From: an uncultured Bacteroides sp.
GTDB lineage: Bacteria > Bacteroidota > Bacteroidia > Bacteroidales > Bacteroidaceae
Direction of reading: 5' to 3'
Assembly: GCA_964580305.1 (NCBI GenBank)
Contig: CAZOKL010000001.1
Span: forward strand, 19,617 to 71,136
Length of the DNA stretch: 51,520 nt
Shown here: in pieces, positions 1 to 9,088 of the stretch
Layout of the letters: each line of letters starts with the position of its first letter
Numbering within the stretch: position 1 is the stretch's first letter
The notes under the pieces: generated by a model
The model's input: the letters and a program-made list of their open reading frames with translations, nothing else
Told to the model about the DNA's origin: nothing
The model's database searches: none
Made by a program: the position numbers and the translations under genes

Positions 1-212
1 GGGGCATTTATGTCGAAATCAATGAAAACAAGTGTGAAGGCATGATTCCTATGCGCGACTTAGGTGAAGATTTCTATGAATTCGATGAGAAGAACTATTG
101 CCTCATCGGTCGCAAACGTCACAAGAAGTATTCGTTAGGCGATGCTGTCCGCATCCGCGTCGTGCGTGCCAGCCTGGAGAAGAAGCAGCTCGACTTCACA
201 CTTGCCGACTGA
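1..212 (+). CDS. rnr: Ribonuclease R, C-terminal S1 domain (5' end outside window)
   Basis: Frame from nt 3 reads GIYVEINENKCEGMIPMRDLGEDFYEFDEKNYCLIGRKRHKKYSLGDAVRIRVVRASLEKKQLDFTLAD-stop (TGA 210-212), typical RNase R S1 C-terminus; absent from the ORF track because it has no start codon in the window. Confidence 0.88.
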   Translation, partial: GIYVEINENKCEGMIPMRDLGEDFYEFDEKNYCLIGRKRHKKYSLGDAVRIRVVRASLEKKQLDFTLAD

Positions 213-242
213 CGCAGAGTCTTCCCACAGTGAGGCGATTCT

Positions 243-294
243 AACAAAATGCACAAAGCCACAGAGGTTTCAGGGGCTTTGTGCATTTTTTGTT
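243..294. terminator. Probable bidirectional intrinsic terminator between convergent rnr and tatC
   Basis: AAAATGCACAAAGCC (246-260) / GGCTTTGTGCATTTT (275-289) inverted repeat with A- and T-tracts on the outer sides. Confidence 0.8.
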
Positions 295-305
295 TAATGT
301 CTGCC

Positions 306-1103
306 TTAGCGGCGCACAACCCAGATGCTGACTTCATAGAGCAAGCAGATGGGCAAGGCCACGAGGCAAAGAGTGAACGCATCGCTCGTAGGGGTGATGA
401 TGGCAGCAATGATGAGGATGATGACGATGGCATGCTTCCTGTAACGCCGCATGAAAGTGGCCGAAAGCACACCCAGACGCCCCAACAGCCAGCACAGGAT
501 GGGCAACTCAAAGAGCACGCCCATGAGAAAGCTCATCACCAACAAGGTGTCCATGTAAGACTGCAGGGTAATCAGGTTTGGAACGTCCGCACTCACCTGA
601 TAAGTACCTAAAAAGCGGAAGGTGAGAGGAAAGATGAGAAAGTAGCACAATGCCACGCCCAAAAGGAACATCACATAGCCCGCGACCACAGCCCAGCGCG
701 AGTATTTCCGTTCGCGTTCATAGAGTCCCGGTGAGATGAAGTGAAAGAGCAGATAAATGCAGTAAGGCGAGGCCAGCAGCAAACCGACATAGAGCGAGGT
801 TTTGATGTGTATCTTGAACTGCTCGGCCAACCCCGTGTTGATGAGGCTAACCGAGAAGCTCGTGTCAGAGGGTGTGGAAAACCATGCTCCCACTTGTTCA
901 AAGAGTTGATAGATGGGGAACGTGTCGTTCTTTGGCGCCAGAACGACGGCAAAGATTTCATCCTTGAAAAAAAATGCTGCCACCCCGCAAGCCAGGACTG
1001 CCACTGCTATCTTGATGAGCACGCCGCGCAACACGTCCAGATGTTCCCAGAACGTCATTTCACCGTCATCGTGCGTGGCGTCGGTCTCAGGCTTTGTCGT
1101 CAT
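306..1103 (-). CDS. tatC: Twin-arginine translocase subunit TatC
   Basis: EMTFWEHLDVLR N-terminal motif, FISPGLYERE, LFELP and AAIITPTSD motifs; multiple TM helices; overlaps tatA end. Confidence 0.96.
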   Translation of the reverse strand: MTTKPETDATHDDGEMTFWEHLDVLRGVLIKIAVAVLACGVAAFFFKDEIFAVVLAPKNDTFPIYQLFEQVGAWFSTPSDTSFSVSLINTGLAEQFKIHIKTSLYVGLLLASPYCIYLLFHFISPGLYERERKYSRWAVVAGYVMFLLGVALCYFLIFPLTFRFLGTYQVSADVPNLITLQSYMDTLLVMSFLMGVLFELPILCWLLGRLGVLSATFMRRYRKHAIVIILIIAAIITPTSDAFTLCLVALPICLLYEVSIWVVRR

Positions 1104-1296
1104 CTTTCTTTCCGGCTTCTTGCGTCTGTTCAGGTTTCTTCTCTGTCAAGTCGGTCTCCAGTCCGTTCATCCCTTCCTTGAAGCTGCGAACGCCTTTGCC
1201 GAGCCCTTTCATCAGCTCGGGAATCTTCTTGCCGCCAAAAAACAGCAGCACGACGAGGGCGATGAGGATAATTTCTTGTGCACCTATTCCAAACAT
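1087..1296 (-). CDS. tatA: Twin-arginine translocase subunit TatA/E
   Basis: MFGIGAQEIILIALVVLLFFGGKKIPELMKGLGKGVRSFKEG: single TM, FG hinge and amphipathic helix. Confidence 0.96.
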   Translation of the reverse strand: MFGIGAQEIILIALVVLLFFGGKKIPELMKGLGKGVRSFKEGMNGLETDLTEKKPEQTQEAGKKDDDKA

Positions 1297-1298
1297 AA

Positions 1299-1811
1299 TT
1301 ATTTCCGTATTAAGTGTTTAATAAAAAGATAACCTCCGAAGACCTGCAACAGCATGCCCGGGATGCCGATGCGGAAATCCTGCGCAGCGAGATAAAAGTC
1401 ACCCTTCATGACCCACTCGCCCAATGTGCCGAACACCTGATAGGCCAGAACGACGCCCAGCATGAGCAGAAGACTGACTTTTCCGTAGTGACGGGCTGCC
1501 AGTCCGGCAAAGACAGCAAGCAGGCATGACTTGAGCAGGATGGCGGGCAATGCTGCTACGGCCGGCATGCCAAACAGCAAAGAGTTGACCAGTGGCGAAG
1601 CAACGGCTGTGAGCAGGCCCACACGCCAACCATATTTGTATGCTCCGACGAGAGTGAAGAAATAAATGGGCAGCCACATCACCCCTCCCTGAGGAACAAG
1701 GTGGAAGAGTTGCGGCAAAACAATGTTTCCGACGACGAACAGCAGTGCTGTCGCATAGGTCTTGATGCTGTTGTAGGGCAGCGAATAGAGTTTGACGGTT
1801 GTTGTTTCCAT
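1299..1811 (-). CDS. ECF transporter S-component-like membrane protein
   Basis: 170 aa hydrophobic protein with LPQLFH..GG..WLPIYFFTL..G..G..G and SPLVN..LFGMP motifs typical of ECF substrate-binding components. Confidence 0.72.
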   Translation of the reverse strand: METTTVKLYSLPYNSIKTYATALLFVVGNIVLPQLFHLVPQGGVMWLPIYFFTLVGAYKYGWRVGLLTAVASPLVNSLLFGMPAVAALPAILLKSCLLAVFAGLAARHYGKVSLLLMLGVVLAYQVFGTLGEWVMKGDFYLAAQDFRIGIPGMLLQVFGGYLFIKHLIRK

Positions 1812-1825
1812 AATGTTTGTTATTA

Positions 1826-2251
1826 TTATTGTCGTTTCATGTTGTTTACGAATGTGCGGATGGCGTCAATCATCGCGTCCACGGAAGTCAATCCGTGGCA
1901 AAGACGTTCCACGGGACACCAATCTGTCCCTGCACGGTTGATGATGTGGGGCACGAGGCAATCATAGGCTGTGTCAATGCCTGCCTCTTGCAGCAACTCC
2001 AGGGCAGGCCGGCTGATGACGTCCGTGTGAAGCCTTCCGACTTCTCCCTTGACCATCAAGGCTGCGGCTCCCCGCCCCACCACTTTGTCGGCCAGGCTTG
2101 CCCCGTGTAGAAAAGCAGGGTCATGGTCAAGCAAGTCGAGCAAATCGGCCACCCCCCGCCGGATGAAGGTGCGTATGACTTCGCCTTGCTGCACCACAAG
2201 GGTGCAGTTATCTTTGTGAAGACGGTCGACGAGTATGTTCAAGTCGGTCAC
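1826..2251 (-). CDS. DUF1893 (TM1506-like) protein
   Basis: RGVADL, ADKVVGRGAAAL, VISRPA and I.NRAGTDWCPVE motifs; overlaps the AKR stop codon. Confidence 0.82.
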   Translation of the reverse strand: MTDLNILVDRLHKDNCTLVVQQGEVIRTFIRRGVADLLDLLDHDPAFLHGASLADKVVGRGAAALMVKGEVGRLHTDVISRPALELLQEAGIDTAYDCLVPHIINRAGTDWCPVERLCHGLTSVDAMIDAIRTFVNNMKRQ

Positions 2252-3627
2252 AGAGTCTCCTGTTTCAGTTGTTCAACATAGTGATCAATGCGGTGCAGCT
2301 CGGCAGGGATGTCGATGGCCTGCGGACAAAGCTCGACACACTGGCGGCAGCCGATGCAGTGACTGGCCTGACGCAGACGGGGCACGCTTCTGTCATAGCC
2401 CACAAGGAAGACACGCCGTGCCTGCCGGTAGTTGGCAGTGGCCGAGGTGGTAGGCAAGTTGCCTTCGTTCACACACTTATTGTAATGGAGCAGGATTTTG
2501 GGGATATCGATGCCATAGGGGCAAGGCATGCAATATTGGCAATCGTTGCACGGGATGGTGGGATATTGCTTCATCAGGTCGGCTGTCTGCTGAAGAAACT
2601 CAAATTCCGCCGGTGTGATGGGCACGAGCGGAGAATATGTGCGAAGGTTTTCCTGTAGATGCTCCATATAGGTCATGCCGCTGAGCACTGTGAGCACACC
2701 GGGAAAAGTGCCGGCAAAGCGGAAAGCCCACGAGGGCACACTGCTGTCTGGATTCTGCTGTTTGAAGCGGGCGATGATGTGTTCGGGCACTTTCGAAAGC
2801 CGGCCTCCGAGCAGAGGCTCCATGATGACAGCGGGGATGTGACGCTTCTCCAGTTCGCTGTAGAGATAGTCAGCATTGACATTATTTCCTGAAGCATAGC
2901 GCCAGTCGAGATAGTTGAGCTGGATTTGCACAAAGTCCCAATGCACACGCTCATGCATGGCAAGCACTTCATCAAACGCGGCTTTCGTGCCGTGAAACGA
3001 GAAGCCCAGGTTGCGGATGCGTCCGGCCTCGCGCTCGGCCATGAGGAAGTCAATCATCCCGTTCTCGATGTAACGTCTGCGGAAGTTTTCAATGCCTCCG
3101 TTGCCGATGTTGTGAAGCAAGTAATAGTCGATGTAGTCCACTTGTAAATCTTCGAATGAACGGCGATACATCGCGATGGAGTTCTCACGTGTGGGGTTGG
3201 AGAAGTTTGACAGCTTTGTGGCAATGAAAAACTTGTCGCGCGGGTGACGCTTGAGGGCGATGCCCGTTGAGCGCTCCGACCATCCCTGCACATAAACGGG
3301 CGACGTGTCATAATAGTTCACTCCATGAGCCATGGCATAGTCTATGAGTTCGTTGACGGCATCCTGGTCGACAACGCTGCCGCCTTTATCGGGAGCAGGC
3401 AACGTCGGCCAGCGCATACAGCCGTAACCCAGCAGAGACACGTGTTCACCCGTTTTCGGGTTCGTGCGCTGCTCCATCTTGCCCAAGGGGACTTCGCCCT
3501 GGGCGTCATGAGCCGAAGCCCCTGTTCCTTTCGGACCGCATCCTGCCAATGCAGCTGCACCGGCTGTGCTGATGCCCACGATTTTCAGAAATTCGCGTCG
3601 GGAAATGTCTTTATTCGAGTGGTTCAT
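2248..3627 (-). CDS. Aldo/keto reductase with Tat-lipoprotein signal and C-terminal 4Fe-4S domain
   Basis: SRREFLK twin-arginine motif followed by LAGC lipobox; LGYGCMR, YYDTS..Y, ATK, LLH catalytic residues; C-terminal CNDCQYCMPCP and CIGCRQCVELCP. Confidence 0.9.
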   Translation of the reverse strand: MNHSNKDISRREFLKIVGISTAGAAALAGCGPKGTGASAHDAQGEVPLGKMEQRTNPKTGEHVSLLGYGCMRWPTLPAPDKGGSVVDQDAVNELIDYAMAHGVNYYDTSPVYVQGWSERSTGIALKRHPRDKFFIATKLSNFSNPTRENSIAMYRRSFEDLQVDYIDYYLLHNIGNGGIENFRRRYIENGMIDFLMAEREAGRIRNLGFSFHGTKAAFDEVLAMHERVHWDFVQIQLNYLDWRYASGNNVNADYLYSELEKRHIPAVIMEPLLGGRLSKVPEHIIARFKQQNPDSSVPSWAFRFAGTFPGVLTVLSGMTYMEHLQENLRTYSPLVPITPAEFEFLQQTADLMKQYPTIPCNDCQYCMPCPYGIDIPKILLHYNKCVNEGNLPTTSATANYRQARRVFLVGYDRSVPRLRQASHCIGCRQCVELCPQAIDIPAELHRIDHYVEQLKQETL

Positions 3628-3684
3628 TTGTCAGTTGTGTGTCAGTTTACAATGATTATAGGTAAAAAAAGGGCTTTGCCCGGG

Positions 3685-5178
3685 TCAGATGTTCCGATGC
3701 CGTTCGTGTCCTTCCACATAGATGGCACTGAACGGACGGGCAGGACAGAGATTCTCACAGGCACCGCAGCCGATGCAACGCTCGGTGTCGACAGCCGGAA
3801 TCTTCGGAGAGTCCGGATTGGCCGCATCAGAAGGCACCATCAGGATGGCGCCCGTGGGACAGTGGCGGGCACAATTTCCGCACTCCACACCGTCGGTCAG
3901 CGGGACGCAGTTTGCCCGCACCCACACGGCGTGGCCTATCTGTGTGGCCGACTTGTCGGCCGTCGTAATGGGTTTGATGGCTCCGGTCGGGCAGACATCA
4001 GCACACTTTATGCACTCCGGCCGGCAGTAGCCGCGCTCATAGCTCATTTCGGGTTGCATCAGTGTCTTCAGTCCGGTCGATGGGCGAAGCACTTCATTGG
4101 GGCACACCGACACACAGAGCTGACAGGCCGTGCAATGCTGATAAAAATGCTTGATGCCCTTTGCACCGGGAGGCACGACGGGCGTCTGCCGGTGAGGGAT
4201 TTTCTTGTCCTCAATGACTGCCAGTCCGCCATCCACCTTCTTTTCCTGCGCCTTCAGCGTGGCTGCCGCAAGGGCCATGCCGGAAACTGCGAGGAAGGTG
4301 CGGCGGGAAGAAGGCCCGGCCTCCTCAGCTTTCAACGGCTCCTCCTTCGGGAGTGATTGGGGAAGACCAAAGCTTATCGCCCCATGCCGGCAAGTGCCGA
4401 TGCAATCCATGCAGGCAACACAGCGGCTGTAGTCAACGCTGTGGTTCTTATGGTCGATGCAGGCGGCTTTGCACCGGTGGCTGCAAAGGCTGCACGAGTT
4501 GCATTTATGTTCGTCAATGCGTATGCGAAACAGTGAAAAGCGCGACAGAAAGCCCAACACCGTGCCCACCGGGCAGATGGTGTTGCAATAGGTGCGACCG
4601 CCACGCCAGGCCAGGGTGGCGATGATGACAAACGTGGCTGCGGCAATGAGGAAGGTGGGCAGGCTCTTGAGCCACACGGAGGTCTCATAAAACGCATAGC
4701 TGTCGGCGCGTTCTGCCAGATAGGCCAGGAAATTGTTGGCCGAACCGTAGAACGGGGCAAAAAGGTTTTGCGCGATGCGGCCGTAGGAACTGTAAGGTTC
4801 CAACAGGGCGACAAACGAGCCTATGCCGGCCAGAAGGGCAATGATGAAGAGCACCAGCACACCATAGCGCAACCAACGTTTTTCGGGCGAATAGCTGAAA
4901 CGGTAGCGGCGTTTCTTCGAGCGGCCACCCAGCCAGGTGACTACGTCCTGCATCACACCCATCGGGCAGATGACGGAGCAGTAGCCACGCCCAAGGATGA
5001 GCGTCAGGGCGACGAGGAACACAATAACCCCCGCGTTCAGCGCCAGCACCGAAGGCAGGAATTGCGTGTGGGCCATCCAGCCGAGCCAGGTGTGCACTGT
5101 CCCCGTAAAGTCGAGAAAGAGCAGGGTGATGCAGGCAAAAAACACAATGGCCAAAGTTAGTCTGATTTTACGCAACAT
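3685..5178 (-). CDS. Membrane-bound polyferredoxin / 4Fe-4S binding protein (NapH/YccM-like N-half, NapF/MauM-like C-half)
   Basis: Several TM helices, GRxYCxxICP motif twice, multiple CxxCxxCxxxC(P) motifs, internal SRRTFL before a hydrophobic segment. Confidence 0.88.
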   Translation of the reverse strand: MLRKIRLTLAIVFFACITLLFLDFTGTVHTWLGWMAHTQFLPSVLALNAGVIVFLVALTLILGRGYCSVICPMGVMQDVVTWLGGRSKKRRYRFSYSPEKRWLRYGVLVLFIIALLAGIGSFVALLEPYSSYGRIAQNLFAPFYGSANNFLAYLAERADSYAFYETSVWLKSLPTFLIAAATFVIIATLAWRGGRTYCNTICPVGTVLGFLSRFSLFRIRIDEHKCNSCSLCSHRCKAACIDHKNHSVDYSRCVACMDCIGTCRHGAISFGLPQSLPKEEPLKAEEAGPSSRRTFLAVSGMALAAATLKAQEKKVDGGLAVIEDKKIPHRQTPVVPPGAKGIKHFYQHCTACQLCVSVCPNEVLRPSTGLKTLMQPEMSYERGYCRPECIKCADVCPTGAIKPITTADKSATQIGHAVWVRANCVPLTDGVECGNCARHCPTGAILMVPSDAANPDSPKIPAVDTERCIGCGACENLCPARPFSAIYVEGHERHRNI

Positions 5179-5245
5179 AGTTCTTTCTTATTAATAATGA
5201 TGATGTATGGATAGCTCAATTTCGGCTTCTGTTATTCTGTCGATA

Positions 5246-5313
5246 CAAATATAAACAGAAAAAACAAACGGAAATTAGAAATATTACTGAATAGGCTACC
5301 TATATTACAGAAT
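5246..5313 (-). promoter_or_regulatory. Promoter of polyferredoxin-AKR-tat operon with 21-bp-spaced direct repeat operator
   Basis: Minus-strand TATATTTG (5246-5253) fits the TAnnTTTG -7 element; ATATTACTGAAT (5281-5292) and ATATTACAGAAT (5302-5313) repeat at 21-bp spacing. Confidence 0.6.
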
Positions 5314-5377
5314 TTTAAGACCTCGACTCCGCGCCACAATTCTCCGGCAATGCTTGGCAATTTTCGTGCCCGATGAG

Positions 5378-5457
5378 CGGAGTAGAGGGCGGCCGAGAGC
5401 CGAGTCCAGGGTAGGCGAGCACGGAGTCTATGCTAAGGTCGGGCGGAAAGGAGACCC
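5378..5457 (+). repeat. 22-bp periodic tandem array A (4 units)
   Basis: Cores start 5378 CGGAGTAGAGGGCG, 5400 CCGAGTCCAGGGTA, 5422 CGGAGTCTATGCTA, 5444 CGGAAAGGAGACCC; the most degenerate copy. Confidence 0.8.
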
Positions 5458-5586
5458 CGTTTTTCGCCCTTTGGCAGAGACAAAACCACAAAGGGTAGCC
5501 GGATGCAAAGTGACAAGGATATCCTCATGCATCAGCAACCACACCGGGATGTTTCCATATGACTTCCGGCACAGTCTTGCGGCTAC

Positions 5587-5624
5587 AAAAAATCCCCGCT
5601 ATGGCAGTCGCACCATAGCGGGGA
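5587..5624 (-). terminator. Intrinsic terminator at the end of the PUL
   Basis: TCCCCGCTATGG (5593-5604) / CCATAGCGGGGA (5613-5624) with A6 at 5587-5592 (U-tract on minus strand), 33 nt past the stop at 5658. Confidence 0.85.
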
Positions 5625-5657
5625 AATTACATTTTACTTTAAGCTAATGCCTGTCGC

Positions 5658-7220
5658 TTATCTCCAGCGTGGGTCACCGATACCATTAGCATTGTAAATC
5701 AAGTCTTCGTTGCCCAGCGTAAAGTCGCCGTTTTCTGCGTCGGCATATTCTGGGTCAAGCGTCGTGCCGGATGTATCGTAGAATCTTGCGCTTCCTCCAT
5801 CGTCAGACACCAGATTGGCAGTATTCCAATAGTTGTTATTGGAGAATGTCGGAGTCGAAGTGCTGCTATTATCGGAGAATCCGCGTCCACAATCTGGCAT
5901 GTTAGACACAATGTTGTTGGTAAACCTAATGCTGTTGCCTGAGAAGCGTACGTAGAGCAAACGACGGCTACTGTTGTTGCTACATCCGTCAATCGTACAG
6001 TGATCAATCGTAATAACCGGAGAGATGCCCGAGTAGCTGGATGAACTGTCGTCCATGCGGATGAAGTCACGGCTTGCGCAACTGTTCCAAATGGTGCTGT
6101 TCGTCAACGTCAGACTCTCAATGTAGCCGGCACGGCTGTCAAACATGTCGCCACCGCTACACTCAATGTCGTGAATCAAGCAGTTGTCTATTGTAATCGC
6201 ACTGATTTGTGCAGCATAACTTGAGCTTACGTAATAGAAGCCCGTCGTGTAGTTGCAAATCTCACAGTTGCTGAGGTTCAAGCCTTCAAACGTGCCGCTT
6301 TCGCTGAATACGAATGCTTGGCCGTCAGAACCAGTACCATCAAATATCATGTAGCTTGCCGTCAGGGATGCACCGGCTTTCAACTGGATGCGTCCGTTGA
6401 ATACGGGCAAATCATCTCTGTCGGCTGCCGTGATGGAGATTTTGGCGGAAATCTCCAGCGAACCCACATCGGCCGATTCGCCACTGCTGGGCACAACGTA
6501 TGTGCCGGGATAGAAGGCGAAGGAGGCGCCTTCTTCTGCATTTTCCAGTATGTCCACAATATCGTCTCCCGGATAGATGGCCGTCGCAGTGCCAATGTTA
6601 ATCGGGGTGCTGAATGTTATGGTGCCGCGCACTACGCCATCACGTGTCATCACAGCTGTATAATCGGTTTCAGGGTCCAAGTCTGTGATGGTGGCCGAAC
6701 CGTTAGCAATGTCTTCATCGGTAATCTCATAGATAATGTTACCCGGTGTGAGGGTAATGGTGTCGGCTACTTCACCAGCCGGCCAGCGCAAAGTCACTTG
6801 TGTGGCCTGGATGTCAGAGTTGGCCACGGTTTCAAATATTTGTTCCGTATCGGTGGAGAACGTAGCTTCCACCCACTTGGATTCGGTAATGTTTTCACCG
6901 ACAGCCTTCACGCGTACGAAGTAGTCCGTGTCACCATTCAGGCCTTCATAAGTGTAAGAGGTGGTGGTTACTTCATCCGTGCTGACTAATGTGCCGTTGG
7001 CATCGGAGCCTTGATAGAGTTCCAATACGTAAGACGTTGCATTGGTCACCTCATTCCATGACACAACACAATTTACACGGCTTCTCACGCTGGTAGTAAG
7101 CTCTGTGGGCGAGAACAAACGGTCATAACTTGCCTCTGTCAACTCCTCGGGAGCGTCTGAACAAGATGCTATTGCGCCCATCAATAGGCATCCGGTGATA
7201 TATTTCAAATATTTCTTCAT
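5658..7220 (-). CDS. Surface lipoprotein with FN3 domains and beta-helix (DUF4957/DUF5123-like), probable glycan-binding protein
   Basis: IASC lipobox followed by acidic SDAPEE; FN3 signatures (VSW..V..A..Y.LE, GL..DTDYFVRVKA); beta-helix repeats; C-terminal IGDPRW; lies directly after susD. Confidence 0.78.
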   Translation of the reverse strand: MKKYLKYITGCLLMGAIASCSDAPEELTEASYDRLFSPTELTTSVRSRVNCVVSWNEVTNATSYVLELYQGSDANGTLVSTDEVTTTSYTYEGLNGDTDYFVRVKAVGENITESKWVEATFSTDTEQIFETVANSDIQATQVTLRWPAGEVADTITLTPGNIIYEITDEDIANGSATITDLDPETDYTAVMTRDGVVRGTITFSTPINIGTATAIYPGDDIVDILENAEEGASFAFYPGTYVVPSSGESADVGSLEISAKISITAADRDDLPVFNGRIQLKAGASLTASYMIFDGTGSDGQAFVFSESGTFEGLNLSNCEICNYTTGFYYVSSSYAAQISAITIDNCLIHDIECSGGDMFDSRAGYIESLTLTNSTIWNSCASRDFIRMDDSSSSYSGISPVITIDHCTIDGCSNNSSRRLLYVRFSGNSIRFTNNIVSNMPDCGRGFSDNSSTSTPTFSNNNYWNTANLVSDDGGSARFYDTSGTTLDPEYADAENGDFTLGNEDLIYNANGIGDPRWR

Positions 7221-7234
7221 GGTTGTTTACGTGT

Positions 7235-9055
7235 TTATTGGTAATTCTCATAGTTAACCAGCATACCGTTGCTGTTGTCAATAAAGATTTGGAAGATGGG
7301 CCAGAACTGATGTTGGTCGGGATCGCCATCTGTGCAACGATATAATCCAAGTATCTTACCTTCCCAAGAACTGCTGTTTGCCCATCCTTTATTCGACTCG
7401 AAATTCAAGGCAGCACCTTCGTCATCGGTCTGGCCGAGTTCCAAACCGTAGATTTCCACAGTTTCATCATTTGTAATATCATCAAACACATTGCCCACAC
7501 CTTGGTACGGGGTTTCAGCCGAAATTGTCTGATAATAAATTCTGTTAGGCAGATTCGCATATTTTCCTGTTCTGTTGAACAAGTCGTACATCTCATTACG
7601 GGCCTCTACCAATGTGCTGGTCAAACGATTCCAACGAATGAGGTCAAACTTGCGGATAATCTCGCCACAGAATTCCAAACCGCGTTGTTCAACAATGGCT
7701 TCACGGAATGCGCTCTGGCTGGCAGTTGCTTCGTTCATGTATTCTTCCACCTTGGCATTGTTGTCAGGGAAAGCACGTTCCAAAATGGGGCGCAGATATT
7801 GGGCTGCATTGGTTGGGCCTTCCAGCTCATTAATGGCTTCGGCTGCCATGAGATAGACGTCGGCCAAACGCATATAAATCCAGTTCATGCCATCGTCGTT
7901 GCCGGCAGAAACGACACGACTCATCCATTCATGACGGAATTTGCCAAGATACCACTGATGCACAGAGTTGGGCACTTGAATGCCGTTTTCCCAATAGTAG
8001 GGCACGCAAGTCACATTGCGACGCACATCTTCCGGGTCATAGCGATAGAAAGCAATCGGAGTCGGTCCGTCATAGCCACCATTGCACATATTTGTATATA
8101 CATCGGCATTTTCATGAGGCACGGCCCAGTCTCTCATGACACGTCCACGACTGGAAGTATATGGAATCTCCCACAAAGATTCACGACCTGCTGTAAGGTT
8201 TTCAGCCATAAGCTCCTGGAAAGTCTGCTTGAAGCCACCCAATGTGTTGCAACCCTGGTTGATGATGCTTACACACTCGTCACGGGCAATCTGCCACATG
8301 GTGTTCTGTGCCAAACGCGAGTCGTTGCTCAGACGAATCGTGCCGTCGGCACGCTGCGAGTAACCGCCTGCATGGAGGGCAATGCGGGCACGAAGACCTT
8401 TTACAAATGATTTGCTTATCCGCTCCACAGAAGAAGTAACTGTGGTCGCATTGGGCCAGGCCACCATCTCTTCGGCGCGTGCCAAGTCATCGAGCAAGCG
8501 GGCATAAATCGAATCTCGGTCTGTACGCGCCATGTAGATAGTCTCATTGGTTATGGGCTCAAAACGTCCCGGCACATCGCCCCAGAGCTTTATCAAGTCT
8601 GCGTAAAAAATGGCACGGTAAGTAAGAGCTTCACCCAGGAGTTGCTGAAAGTCGGGGTCATCCAGGTCTGCATACGCCTCCAGTCCACGGATACACAAAT
8701 TGGCTTGCTCAATACCCTCATACATCATGGCCCAAGGACTGTTGTCCACATTCATACGGTCATTGTTGGAGGTGGCTGAATAGCTGGCCAACTGAGATTG
8801 GGTATCATTGTTACCTGAGTTGTTATACCATTCCATGTCCGTATTCTGGAAGAAGTGGCAGAAACGACCACGATAGTTCGTTCCTCCAAATATATTCGTG
8901 ATTCCCAAAACAGCATTCTCAGCCAAATCATAGCTGGCAAACACCACAGACTCGTCTGTTGAAGAGATAGTGGGCGCATCCAGAATGTCATCACAAGATG
9001 TCATGGCTCCCGTCAGGAGAAAGAGTGATGCATAAATATATTGTTTCATTCTCAT
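7235..9055 (-). CDS. susD: SusD/RagB family lipoprotein
   Basis: MTSC lipobox, GEALTYRAIFY..L..LWGDVP, MRLADVYLMAAEA, RGLEFCGE..RKFDLIRW; directly after susC. Confidence 0.95.
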   Translation of the reverse strand: MRMKQYIYASLFLLTGAMTSCDDILDAPTISSTDESVVFASYDLAENAVLGITNIFGGTNYRGRFCHFFQNTDMEWYNNSGNNDTQSQLASYSATSNNDRMNVDNSPWAMMYEGIEQANLCIRGLEAYADLDDPDFQQLLGEALTYRAIFYADLIKLWGDVPGRFEPITNETIYMARTDRDSIYARLLDDLARAEEMVAWPNATTVTSSVERISKSFVKGLRARIALHAGGYSQRADGTIRLSNDSRLAQNTMWQIARDECVSIINQGCNTLGGFKQTFQELMAENLTAGRESLWEIPYTSSRGRVMRDWAVPHENADVYTNMCNGGYDGPTPIAFYRYDPEDVRRNVTCVPYYWENGIQVPNSVHQWYLGKFRHEWMSRVVSAGNDDGMNWIYMRLADVYLMAAEAINELEGPTNAAQYLRPILERAFPDNNAKVEEYMNEATASQSAFREAIVEQRGLEFCGEIIRKFDLIRWNRLTSTLVEARNEMYDLFNRTGKYANLPNRIYYQTISAETPYQGVGNVFDDITNDETVEIYGLELGQTDDEGAALNFESNKGWANSSSWEGKILGLYRCTDGDPDQHQFWPIFQIFIDNSNGMLVNYENYQ

Positions 9056-9088
9056 AATATGCTATTGTTCGTTGGTTAAAGGATGATA

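Noticed and set aside
3325-4356. Long antisense ORFs (also 7502-8410, 12885-13577, 31933-32676, 38767-39654, 48760-49437)
   Set aside because: Shadows of well-supported genes on the opposite strand; no recognisable motifs.
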